Source: a virus (lineage: Duplodnaviria > Caudoviricetes). From it: a stretch of DNA of 64,000 nt. Positions 8,709 to 18,362 of this stretch are shown here, piece after piece (the stretch's first letter is position 1; each line of letters opens with the position of its first letter). The DNA is taken from positions 17,840-81,839 of IMG/VR virus record IMGVR_UViG_3300006217_000023. One strand, 5' to 3'. Below the pieces are notes generated by a model. The model made no database searches, was not told the DNA's origin, and worked only from the letters and a program-made list of their open reading frames with translations. The position numbers and the translations under genes were made by a program.

Positions 8709-10283
8709 CTATTCGTTGGTGTTATCTTCATTATTATGATTATCATCAAATCCACCAGAAGCATTAAATATTTGACTTTGCATTCTCATATTTTCTTCTT
8801 TTTCTTCTTTAAGTCTTTGTAGTTCTTGCTCTACATCGTCTATATATGGATGATTTTCTAGTTTTGTCCTTGTACTTATAGTTGTATCATTATTTAATGT
8901 TTGTATTTGTTCTGTAGTATTGAATATTCTTGATTTATTAAAAGTAAATTTAAAATCAAATACATTTAAGTCCTGTGGGATTTCTCCTATTCTTTTTAAA
9001 TGCTCTGCAATAAACCAGAATAGTTCGTATAATCCTTGTCTTAAGCTATTTATACAATCATCTGCTTTACTATCTAAGTCTGTATATAAAAACTCTAAAC
9101 TAATTCCACTTGGTGCTTGTCCTATCAATTCTGTTCTATTTGTGTTTACCCCTCTTCCAAACTCGTATATTTTTTCCTCTAATAATTTAAGAATTATTTG
9201 TCTAGCTTCGTATGGAAAAGGTATTGTTTCTACCCCAATACTTCCAGTTGCATCATTATTACGAATAATACCCATTATTTTTATTCTTTCAACTAATTCT
9301 GTTAGGTCTTCAGCTCCATATCCATTCACTTTATAAATAAATTCTTTTAAGTCTTCTATTGTGTTTATGAAATTTGAATTTATTAAATCGTACGCATCTA
9401 TTAAATTTTTAATAGGTTCTAAATCTGTTTGCATTTCTTCATTATTTTTAATAATTATATATGGCACTTTTCCCCAACTATGTTCTTCTGTTTTTGCTAA
9501 TTTTCCATTGAACATTGTTTGCGTAATCCAATGTGGTTCTGGATTTATTCTTGATACATCTAATAAATATTCTTCTGTTTGTGTAATTTCGTCTTTTTCT
9601 TCTATGTAATATGTTGTATTTTCTGCTGTTGCCCATTCTACATATATTTTCTTTTTATTATTATCTATGATTTTATATGTGTGAATTATATCTGTTAATA
9701 TTTTTTGTGTTTTTGTATCATATATAGTAATTATTTCTTTTGGTTCTATTCTTGTATATTTAAAATTTCCTTGTTCATCATAATATGGAAACCATACTGC
9801 ATAAATTTTATTAGACATATCTACTATTGTTTGTCTTAAAAAGTTGTCAAATCCTATTCCTAATATGTTCCAAAATTTATCAACTATTTTTTTATTCATT
9901 TTTTTCAATTTCTTTTTTTGTTCCTCATTTAGTTCTTTTTCTATAATAGGCTCATAAGTAATTGTTATTGGTTTTCCTACAGTATAATCACGCTTTTGCT
10001 TTACTAATTTCCAATGATATCTATGAGCCACTTTTACTAATGACCTGTTTGGAATTTCTATAATCTTTTCTGTATATATTTTTTGTCCATTCTCTGTCTT
10101 AAAATCTTTAATAGTATATTCATTTAATTTTTTATAACAAATATCGTGCTTACCATTAAAGTATCTTTCTCCAATTTCCATTTGCCTTTTTAATGGACTT
10201 ATAGCATCATCTTTTAAGAATTGTTTTATTATCTCACTATCCATATTAGGTAATGAACTTTTTATTATTTCTGTTTGTGTCAT
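8709..10283 (-). CDS. Portal protein A (SPP1 gp6 family)
   Basis: 524 aa after terminase; WGKVPYIIIKNNEE..TDLEPIKNLIDAYD, SGISLEFLY..LD.KA. Confidence 0.92.
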   Translation of the reverse strand: MTQTEIIKSSLPNMDSEIIKQFLKDDAISPLKRQMEIGERYFNGKHDICYKKLNEYTIKDFKTENGQKIYTEKIIEIPNRSLVKVAHRYHWKLVKQKRDYTVGKPITITYEPIIEKELNEEQKKKLKKMNKKIVDKFWNILGIGFDNFLRQTIVDMSNKIYAVWFPYYDEQGNFKYTRIEPKEIITIYDTKTQKILTDIIHTYKIIDNNKKKIYVEWATAENTTYYIEEKDEITQTEEYLLDVSRINPEPHWITQTMFNGKLAKTEEHSWGKVPYIIIKNNEEMQTDLEPIKNLIDAYDLINSNFINTIEDLKEFIYKVNGYGAEDLTELVERIKIMGIIRNNDATGSIGVETIPFPYEARQIILKLLEEKIYEFGRGVNTNRTELIGQAPSGISLEFLYTDLDSKADDCINSLRQGLYELFWFIAEHLKRIGEIPQDLNVFDFKFTFNKSRIFNTTEQIQTLNNDTTISTRTKLENHPYIDDVEQELQRLKEEKEENMRMQSQIFNASGGFDDNHNNEDNTNE

Positions 10284-10293
10284 TTTCTTCCTC

Positions 10294-11617
10294 CTAACTT
10301 GCTAAATACAAATCATCACTTCCGATAACGTAAGCTATCTATTCTATGGTTATTTTTATCTTCTGGAATTTCTAATGGATTTCCATATTTATCAACTTTC
10401 CATCTATATAATCCTAATTCATCTATTAATCCTTTGCATTTAGGATCTACTATTATTTCATATCCTTGTAACCATTTGATACCATGTAATATACTATCAG
10501 GACCTTTTGTTGCTGGTATAGCATTAATTTTGTATTTATTTAATTCTGCTATTGATTTTGGTTCTGCACTATCGCATTTTACTAATGAATATAATGGCAT
10601 TCTTGGTCTTATTGCATTTGCTAATTGCTCATTATCTAATTCACAAGCACTAAATTCATCAAATACATATATTTTTTTACGTTTAGTATCAACACTAAAC
10701 TGTAAAAAACATGAAGGGTCTGAACTATAACCAAAGTCCAAACCTCTTCTTATTAATTCAAATGCATTTTTATGTTGTTCTGTATCTTCAATTCGCCAAT
10801 TTTTAAATATTAATCCTAATGCAATACCAGGCATTCCTAACCCTGCTGTTTTATATCTTTCATAATCATCTTTACGCATTTTTTCATATATTGCATAATC
10901 TTTTATATCTAAAAACTCATTTAATTTGTAATTTGTAATCATTAATAATTGACTTGTCTTTTCTTTTACTTGTTTTCCTAAGTATTCAAATTCTTGCTCT
11001 TCTTCAATTATTAACTCTTGTTTTCCTTCTTTTAGTAATATTTCTTCATTTGGTGTTAATCTTTGAGTTAATTTTTTAACTATAAAATGCTGATTACTCC
11101 ATGGATTAAAGCTTGCTACTGTTTGTCTAAAATATCCTTCTGGAAGTAATCCTCTTGAACACATTCTTGTGTTATTATATGTTTCTTCTTTTATTATTTC
11201 AAAAGCTTCCTCAAACCATTCAAAACATAAAACTAAATTGGGGTCATCTATTGTTATTGATGCTATTTTTTGCCAATCGTCTAAACCTCTAAAAAATATC
11301 TTTTGTCCTGTAATTTTGTTTGTAGCTTCTAATGGACTTAATTTGAAATCCCATTCTTTGTCCAATTTAAGTTTTTTGCAAGCCCATTTTAAATCTGCAT
11401 ATACACTATCTTTTAATGTTGTTGCTGTATCTCTTGTTGCCAATAGACAAGCTCTAGGATATTTTTTAAGTAAATACATCCATCTCAAAGCAATAGTTTT
11501 TGATTTTTTGCTACCTTTTGACCCCATTAATATTACTTCATCACCTTTAAAATTCCAAAATGTAGCATAACCTTTTCCTATTTGTTCTTGTAAACTTATT
11601 CTTTCTATATTATTCAT
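10294..11617 (-). CDS. Terminase large subunit A (PBSX family); C-terminus needs a +1 skip at CGGA 10321-10324 (440 aa)
   Basis: GSKGSKKS Walker A, WFEEA Walker B, GLDFG, NHRIDSLRY; skipping the C gives YGSDDLYLAS*, identical to B's terminus. Confidence 0.92.
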
Positions 11618-11951
11618 TCACATCATCTACCAACTGAACTATTCCTGTTCCTGATATTTCTGATTTTTCTATCGGTTTATACCCTGCTCTATCTAGTACA
11701 TCTTTTATTGCTTGCATTTTTACATTTTCATTTTTACTTTTTAATAACCTTTTTAGTTCTTGTTGTGCTTCTATTGCAAGTGAACCAAAGTTTTCTTTCA
11801 TTTGTTTTTGTATTTCTTCTTTAAACTCTTTATCTTTTTTCCATTCACAAATTGTTTTTTCTGTTACGTTAATTTCCTTCGATATTTGTTTTTGAGTTTT
11901 ACACTCTGTAATCATTAAATTTATACATTTTATTTGCTTTTCTGTTAACAT
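11610..11951 (-). CDS. Terminase small subunit A (HTH)
   Basis: N-terminal HTH, AIKDVLDRAGYKPIEK motif; directly upstream of terL. Confidence 0.8.
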   Translation of the reverse strand: MLTEKQIKCINLMITECKTQKQISKEINVTEKTICEWKKDKEFKEEIQKQMKENFGSLAIEAQQELKRLLKSKNENVKMQAIKDVLDRAGYKPIEKSEISGTGIVQLVDDVNE

Positions 11952-12011
11952 TGATTCACCTCCTTAAAATTAACATTTATTTACCTTTTTCATAATTTAT
12001 TTATATTTTGA

Positions 12012-12374
12012 TTAATGTTCATCTTTTATAAGTTCTCCTATTTTTTTATCTCCTACATATAATATTGTTTTTCCCTTATTCATATATTGTCCTATTACTT
12101 CATTTATAAAATCATTACTACTTGCTACTATTTCACATACATCTTCACAATTAAATTCTTTTTCTTCTTGATTGTGTCCATATTCGTATAGCCAAACATG
12201 ACATAATTCATGTTTTAAAGTTTTTATAATATTTGCTTGATTTTCTAGTAATAATATTTCTTGTGTTTTATATATTGTTAATCCTACTACAGAATCTTGT
12301 TTACTTTCATTATTTATTGTTGCTTCATCTACTTCTTTTATTATCCATTCTGTATTATTTATTTTAAATTTCAT
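12012..12374 (-). CDS. Small zincin-like metallopeptidase (HExxH)
   Basis: KHELCH...E..CE; start set at the RBS-preceded ATG 12374; paralog at 53798-54184. Confidence 0.7.
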   Translation of the reverse strand: MKFKINNTEWIIKEVDEATINNESKQDSVVGLTIYKTQEILLLENQANIIKTLKHELCHVWLYEYGHNQEEKEFNCEDVCEIVASSNDFINEVIGQYMNKGKTILYVGDKKIGELIKDEH

Positions 12375-12517
12375 ATTTATAACTTTTCCTTCACAATTAT
12401 GTAAATAAGCTATTAGCATTTTTTATATTTATGACAACTTTCGACAACCTTCTCATTTTCTATGTGTTATATTTAAGCCCTCGCGCGTTAAAATACGTTT
12501 GGGAGGAGGATGTTGAA

Positions 12518-12673
12518 ATGAATAAAATTGGTACAGTTACAGTATCTGTTTTTCAATCTATTAATAAAAACAATACCGCTTTTAAGGTTGAAACAGATTA
12601 CTTAGATAATATATCTAATGATGATGTTGAACAAGTTTCTTATGTAATTGAAGATACACTCAATTCTTTTTAG
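12518..12673 (+). CDS. Small acidic protein (51 aa) on the opposite strand (moron)
   Basis: Strong RBS GGGAGGAGG before ATG 12518; hairpin AGACTGTC/GATAGTCT plus T-run after the stop. Confidence 0.6.
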   Translation: MNKIGTVTVSVFQSINKNNTAFKVETDYLDNISNDDVEQVSYVIEDTLNSF

Positions 12674-12922
12674 ACTGTCTTTTGATAGTCTTTTTTATAT
12701 ATCTAAAACAATAATTATATCTGTTACATTCTTCACATTTTCTTGTCATACATTTAAAATAATCAATCTTCTCTTTCATAATACTCACACTTTGTTACTT
12801 TTACATTTTCTTGTTTGAATATTTTTATTTCACAGTCGTATTTTTCTTTGTTTTTACATCTACTGCAATACTCTTCTACATATTTTTGGTATCGTTTTTC
12901 GTCTGACATAATAACACCTTCT

Positions 12923-13084
12923 TTATTGGCATATTTCTTTTATTCTCTTTTTACAAAATTCACCACATGTCATATTTTTTAAGTCTTTTACTGTTGTATT
13001 TGCATCTATATATATTGTTTTTTCTTTTATTTCAAAGTTTTTAAATAATAATTTTAATTCTTCTACACTACATTCTAATTTCAT
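12923..13084 (-). CDS. Hypothetical small protein
   Basis: RBS GAGGT then MKLECSVEELK... Confidence 0.55.
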   Translation of the reverse strand: MKLECSVEELKLLFKNFEIKEKTIYIDANTTVKDLKNMTCGEFCKKRIKEICQ

Positions 13085-13567
13085 ACTTTTACCTCTTTTC
13101 TTATAAACACTATGAAATATATAACTTATAGATAATTGCACTCTAGAACTGAACAGCCTTTATTTGCTATTCTGCTATCTATTTTTATATACTTCATACT
13201 ATTTAAAAATTTAGAACTCGCTAGAAAAGTTCTTGTTATATTCAATTTCTTGCAAAAGGATGTGATTTAATCAAACGATAATTTATATTAATTATCTAGC
13301 ATATTAATACCATAATAAAAGAGCCTATCTTTTTTGATAAGCTCCAATTTATAATAAAGTATATATAATATATACAGTGTATGTTAAAGACTTAATTTGT
13401 ATTAAAGAGCTAACTTTTACATCAACTCTTAATAGCGGGATTACTAATAAAACTTTTGTCGCTTGGTCTAATGAGATATTTCTATCTGCGACTTTTATAT
13501 CAATTATAATTATAGCACTTTCAAAAAGAAATTAAAAGGAAGTTTTTGCGTAATTTTAGGGAAGTTT

Positions 13568-14116
13568 TTATACTCCTGTATTAATCACTTTTAGCATAGT
13601 TTTCATTGCTTTATCTCTATATGTCTGTAATTGTTTTACACATTTATATTTTTCAAATTCTTTATAATATTGTTTTTCTACATAATCCCATTTTGATTTA
13701 TCCATATAATAAGTTTCAATTACAAATCTTTCTTCTTGTGATAATGGATTCATCATATTTTTTACTCTAACTACTTTTTTATTTAAGTTAACTTTATCTA
13801 TTTCAAGTTTTGCTAATTTCATTTTTAAAAAATCTATATCTTTCTTGTTTACATGTTTTAATTCTTTTTCATAATTTATAGCTGTATTATATACTTTATC
13901 AGATACATTATTTGTATTACTATGCATATTGTCATATGCTTGTCCTGCAATTTGCATATTTTCAATTACTTCTTTTTCTGTATCTTCATATACTGTTCCT
14001 GCATAATTTAATTCTTCTTCATATTCTTCTGTTTTTATTTCTATTTCTGTTAATTTTGCCTCATTTTCCTTATGTTCCCCTAACATTTTCTCAATATCTT
14101 CTTTTATATATGTCAT
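13568..14116 (-). CDS. Late transcription activator A (ArpU/RinA-like)
   Basis: Last early gene before the packaging module; C-terminal LSQEERFVIETYY...W sigma-70 region 4-like segment. Confidence 0.7.
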   Translation of the reverse strand: MTYIKEDIEKMLGEHKENEAKLTEIEIKTEEYEEELNYAGTVYEDTEKEVIENMQIAGQAYDNMHSNTNNVSDKVYNTAINYEKELKHVNKKDIDFLKMKLAKLEIDKVNLNKKVVRVKNMMNPLSQEERFVIETYYMDKSKWDYVEKQYYKEFEKYKCVKQLQTYRDKAMKTMLKVINTGV

Positions 14117-14420
14117 ATCTTTAGTTCCTCCTATTCTTTAAATAAATAATATATTTCATATTTATTTCTAACTAGATTATTGTTTTTTAATGCTCTTCCT
14201 AACTCCCTTACTGTTAAATTTAAAAATTTTATTATTTCTTCTAATGTTCCTATTCTTATGCATTGTTCATTTTCTTTTATATTGTAAATTCCATAAATAT
14301 TCATTTGTATGCCTCCTTATTTTTTATGTATTTTTCTTTAGCTGTATATGCATCTTTTACAATTGATAATCGTAATCTTTCTATTAGTATTTTATTTCTA
14401 CTCATTTATATCTGCTCCTA

Positions 14421-15281
14421 TTATTTTATTAGTTTTTCTGTATTCCAATAAGCACTCCTAAATCCTCTTGCCATATCTATTAAATAAATTTCATCTGTAT
14501 CTTTATTATACATAAAGTCTATACTCCAAATTCCTTTTAATTCTTCATCGAATTTTAATGTATTTATATTTTCTTCTATTAATTTTGCTACTTTTTCATA
14601 CTCTTTTTGATGTTCTGTTGCTTCTATATTTGTTTTATTATGAAATATATCAAATATTACTTTGTCATTTAATGAATACAAACTTTTTGAACAATAGTCA
14701 TAATTCCAGTAATCCACTACATACTCTATTTTCTTTGTATCCATGTTATAAAATACTCTTATTTCTGTTCTTAATGGCATTCCATTATATATTGTTAAAG
14801 TGTTTTCTTTGTCATATGGTATATATTCTCTTACTACTAATTCTGTATATCCTCCAGTTTCAAACATACTTGATTGATAATTTATTTTCCATAATTGTTT
14901 TGCTAAGTTTTCTTTTGTTGCTAAACATGTTTCAAAATTGAATTTATTTGAAAAGCAACCATTTTTTATATTATAAGTTTTATAGTTTTTCATTTTATCT
15001 AATGTAGGTTTTAATATTTTATTTATTTTATTCCAATTAACTTTTTCAATTTCATCTGTTTCTTGCATTACTTCTGTTTCATCGAATGTAAATATTTGAT
15101 TTGATATTATCTCAGCATGACTAAATTTACCAAAATCTTTTATATGACCATACCAATTACTAAAATTTTCAACTTTTTGTCTATCTTCTTTGTAGCATTT
15201 TCTTCCTAATTCTTCAAAAAATTCTGGTGTAAATTGTTCTGATATCTTTTCTAATTTTTTTTCAAAATCTTCAAGTTTCAT
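14421..15281 (-). CDS. ATP-grasp-like protein (putative)
   Basis: EIRVFY, WSIDFM and YLIDM motifs resemble an ATP-grasp C-terminal core. Confidence 0.5.
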   Translation of the reverse strand: MKLEDFEKKLEKISEQFTPEFFEELGRKCYKEDRQKVENFSNWYGHIKDFGKFSHAEIISNQIFTFDETEVMQETDEIEKVNWNKINKILKPTLDKMKNYKTYNIKNGCFSNKFNFETCLATKENLAKQLWKINYQSSMFETGGYTELVVREYIPYDKENTLTIYNGMPLRTEIRVFYNMDTKKIEYVVDYWNYDYCSKSLYSLNDKVIFDIFHNKTNIEATEHQKEYEKVAKLIEENINTLKFDEELKGIWSIDFMYNKDTDEIYLIDMARGFRSAYWNTEKLIK

Positions 15282-15589
15282 CTTTCTTTACCTCTCTTTT
15301 TATTAAATTTACTTGGTAATATTACATCTTCTTTGTCTATTTTTATTTCTTGGCTTTTTTGATAGTCTTTAACTTTCTTTTGTAGTTCTTGTCCATATAA
15401 ATTAACTTTTTTAATTTTTGTTAGTGGAAAGAAATATTCTGTATCAAAATACTTAGTATATATATAATAAAAAGGATATAAAATTGCTTTTATTATATTG
15501 AATGGTAAATTAATTAAAATTTCTAATATAAGAAGAAATAAATATACTATATAATTTTTCATTCCTATTGCTTTAAACAATTCTTTCAT
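15278..15589 (-). CDS. Hypothetical membrane protein
   Basis: Hydrophobic N-terminal half; ATGA-coupled to neighbours. Confidence 0.6.
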   Translation of the reverse strand: MKELFKAIGMKNYIVYLFLLILEILINLPFNIIKAILYPFYYIYTKYFDTEYFFPLTKIKKVNLYGQELQKKVKDYQKSQEIKIDKEDVILPSKFNKKRGKER

Positions 15590-15876
15590 TTATTTGCCTC
15601 ACTTTTCATCTTTTCTATTTTATATTTCAAATTTTCAATTTCTTCTTTTAATTTTCTTTCTTCTATCTCTTTTCCTTTTTCACTAGCTAATTCTTTTAAG
15701 CCTTCTAATTCATATTCATTTAAACTATTAAAGAAATTTAAAATTTGTTTTATTTGTTCTTGTTTTTCTTTTTCTTTTTCCTCTTCACACTCTTTACATC
15801 TTCCAAACTCCTCTAATGGTGTATAATGTTTACTACAATGCGTTACTCCTAACCATGCCATTCCCATTCTTTTCAC
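15586..15876 (-). CDS. Hypothetical protein
   Basis: ATGA overlaps on both sides. Confidence 0.6.
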   Translation of the reverse strand: MKRMGMAWLGVTHCSKHYTPLEEFGRCKECEEEKEKEKQEQIKQILNFFNSLNEYELEGLKELASEKGKEIEERKLKEEIENLKYKIEKMKSEANK

Positions 15877-16076
15877 CTTCTTTTTAAATATTTATATATT
15901 ACTCTCTCAACATAAGCTAAAGCTTCATAATTTGTAATAAATCGTCCTGCATGTCTATTTCTTACTTCACTTCTTATTATTCTTATTTGCTGATTATATT
16001 GTCTTTTATATATTTGTGCTAATTTATCTTTACTTAAGCCTTGTTTCCATTTTTCGATTATTTCGTTATCTGTCAT
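15873..16076 (-). CDS. Hypothetical phage protein
   Basis: ORF with RBS, translationally coupled. Confidence 0.65.
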   Translation of the reverse strand: MTDNEIIEKWKQGLSKDKLAQIYKRQYNQQIRIIRSEVRNRHAGRFITNYEALAYVERVIYKYLKRR

Positions 16077-16298
16077 ACTACACTCCTTTAAGTGTAGTAT
16101 TTGCTAATTTTTATATATTATTTTCTTATTAAATAAATTAATATTCCTAGTATTTCAAATACTGAAAATAAAATATCTGCAATTATTATAATTATACTTA
16201 TAAAACTACAAAATGCGTATGTCATCATTTTTTCTTGTTTTGTTGTAGTTATATTAAATTCATCTATAAAACTTTTCCAAACAAAATATGTAAACATA

Positions 16299-16595
16299 TT
16301 ATTTTTCCTCCAAAATTTCTTGTAAAACGTTCATTTTTATATACTTTTTTGCATTAATTATACTAGCTTCATCTGGTAATTCTGTATCTCCTTCAAAAAT
16401 TATTAGATATTCATTATTATTTATTATTTTTTCTATCTTCTCTTTTATCGTTTCTTTACTTATTGAATTTTCTATGTAGTTTAACATTATATCTGCAAAT
16501 TCAAAAAAATACTTTGGTTCTATAGTTTCTACTATATTTTTATTTCTTTTTAATTCTTTGTATTGCTGTATTGCTTCTTCTAATTCTTTATTCAT
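16299..16595 (-). CDS. Hypothetical protein
   Basis: ORF with GAGGTGG RBS. Confidence 0.6.
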   Translation of the reverse strand: MNKELEEAIQQYKELKRNKNIVETIEPKYFFEFADIMLNYIENSISKETIKEKIEKIINNNEYLIIFEGDTELPDEASIINAKKYIKMNVLQEILEEK

Positions 16596-16723
16596 CTAAC
16601 CACCTCTATTTTCTTTAAATTGATATGAAAATAGTATTTTCTTCTGTATTACAAAAATATTTTTTCCTCCGCAAAATGGACAATTTCGATAATTTGTAAA
16701 TAATCTATCTTTTTTTTACTCAT
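16596..16723 (-). pseudogene. Small CPFCGG zinc-finger (Lar-like) ORF frameshifted in an A8 run
   Basis: MSKK|DRLFTNYRNCPFCGGKNIFV is in frame only if the T8 run at 16710-16717 is T9 or T6. Confidence 0.45.
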
Positions 16724-16949
16724 TGCTTTCTCCTTTCAATATTTCTAAAATTTCTTCATAGCAATGTTTTTGTACTAATAAACAGTTTCTTTTATTTGTA
16801 AATTCTTCTTTTTCTTTTTTACTCATAAATGAAGTATTTACTATATCGAGTTTTTTATCATAATAAGGCTTAATTAAATCTTGATAACATTTTTCTACTG
16901 ATTGTATTCTTTCTTCTAACTTCTCTATTAGCTTTTTTATTTCTTTCAT
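16716..16949 (-). CDS. Hypothetical protein
   Basis: ORF track; KLIEKLE...EILEILKGE motif similar to 57659-57946. Confidence 0.6.
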   Translation of the reverse strand: MKEIKKLIEKLEERIQSVEKCYQDLIKPYYDKKLDIVNTSFMSKKEKEEFTNKRNCLLVQKHCYEEILEILKGESNE

Positions 16950-17178
16950 TTACTTTTTTATCTATATCTTTATTAGTTAATACTCTCATATTTCCAATTT
17001 TGCTATTCATTATATTTTTCATGTCTTTATACATTTCTAATTCTGATTCTAGTTGTTTGATGTATTGTAATACTCTTCTTAATGCTTCTGTATCTTCGCT
17101 CCACATAGAATATGTGAAACATTTAGATATATTTTTTAATATTTTAATATCTTTTTCTATCTCTTCTTTACTTAGCAT
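16870..17178 (-). CDS. Hypothetical protein (3' end possibly extended by a homopolymer indel)
   Basis: MLSKEEIEK start; one more A at 16954-16959 would give a TGA/ATG overlap with the next gene. Confidence 0.5.
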   Translation of the reverse strand: MLSKEEIEKDIKILKNISKCFTYSMWSEDTEALRRVLQYIKQLESELEMYKDMKNIMNSKIGNMRVLTNKDIDKKVNERNKKANREVRRKNTISRKMLSRFN

Positions 17179-17180
17179 TG

Positions 17181-17534
17181 TTATTTCTCCTCTAACTTTT
17201 TATTTAGTTGCTTTACTGCTTGTACTAATTCATTTATCTTTTTTAGCACATCTGTTATTATGTATCTTTCTTCATCTATTTCTTCTATATTATCTATATC
17301 TATCTCATTTTCTAATATTTTAAATTTATAATCTAATATATCTCTTATTGATAATTCTTCATATATTTTATTTTCAGGTGTATAAATATTGTATTCAAAT
17401 GCTCCCTCATTATAAATAAAATAACTTCCTTTTAATTCTCCTTCAAATCTTCCTATTATTTCTATTTTACTTCCATTTTTTATCTCTTCATCAACTATTG
17501 CTTTTAATAATTCATATCCTTTATATGTTTTCAT
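17181..17534 (-). CDS. Hypothetical protein
   Basis: ORF with AAGGAG RBS. Confidence 0.6.
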   Translation of the reverse strand: MKTYKGYELLKAIVDEEIKNGSKIEIIGRFEGELKGSYFIYNEGAFEYNIYTPENKIYEELSIRDILDYKFKILENEIDIDNIEEIDEERYIITDVLKKINELVQAVKQLNKKLEEK

Positions 17535-17554
17535 ATCTTAACTCCTTTAACTTT

Positions 17555-17912
17555 TTATTTTTCTTCTGGTATTCTATATTCTGCATTTTTAAATTGTTCT
17601 TTTGTTACAATTGATTTAATATTGTTTGATAGCCAATATTTGTTATGTATTGTTTCTGTTGTTCTAATATATTCTCCTGTTATATCTAAAACATGTTCCA
17701 AATTTATGTAGTCTTCTACTTCTATTAAATCTATTATATTTTTTTGAATGTTTTGCTATTTCAATATCTGCTACTGTACCTTTGTCTGTATCAAAACTAT
17801 AAAATATTGATTTTTTCCCTTCATTATCATAAATTTTTAAATCTTGATATGCACACACTTTTGCTATTAATCCTTTTTTAGTTCTTACCCATTCTCCTAT
17901 TTTAATTTTCAT
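17555..17912 (-). pseudogene. Hypothetical phage protein frameshifted in an A7 run
   Basis: HSK|NIIDLIEVEDYIN...IKSIVTKEQF continues only if the T7 run at 17739-17745 is T6; span is 358 nt = 3n+1. Confidence 0.55.
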
Positions 17913-17940
17913 TTTTTACCTCCTCATATTATGCCATTTG

Positions 17941-18360
17941 CTATGTACTGACATTATTTATATGTTTTATTAAATCCCATTCTTCTAATCCATATTTTTT
18001 TATACTCTTCTTATTTTGTTTTAAATAGTCAATTACAATATCTACATCTACCATTCTTACATCTTTATTTGCAAAACATATAAGAAAGTATGCATTGCAT
18101 CCTGCGTTCTTACATTTTTTTAATTCATTTACTTGGCTAATATCTTTTTTAACTATATGCCATGTATCTGTTTTACTTTCTTTTGCATCAAAGCAGTCAT
18201 GTCTATTAGGTAAAAATATCTCATAATCAAAACATTCTCCTTCTAAATATAATCCTTCTGATGTTCTTTTTGCATAATTTTTATGTCCATGAAATCCTAA
18301 CTTTTCTATGTACTCTATTACTTTTTCTATTTGTTTTTCAAAACTTCGTCCTTTTTGCAT
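17941..18360 (-). CDS. Holliday junction resolvase (RecU-like)
   Basis: GRSFE, CFDY, FDAKES nuclease motifs; NAYFLICF. Confidence 0.8.
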   Translation of the reverse strand: MQKGRSFEKQIEKVIEYIEKLGFHGHKNYAKRTSEGLYLEGECFDYEIFLPNRHDCFDAKESKTDTWHIVKKDISQVNELKKCKNAGCNAYFLICFANKDVRMVDVDIVIDYLKQNKKSIKKYGLEEWDLIKHINNVST

Positions 18361-18362
18361 AC

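Noticed and set aside
3006-11951. A/B similarity as an assembly duplication artefact
   Set aside because: The copies differ throughout (synonymous changes, different MuF tails, morons and replication modules)
13141-13560. Possible phage tRNA genes (for example a recoding tRNA-Gly) in the late leaders and in 31480-31930 and 54480-54790
   Set aside because: No T-arm GTTCRANNC or cloverleaf was recognisable by eye on either strand; needs tRNAscan-SE on the full genome
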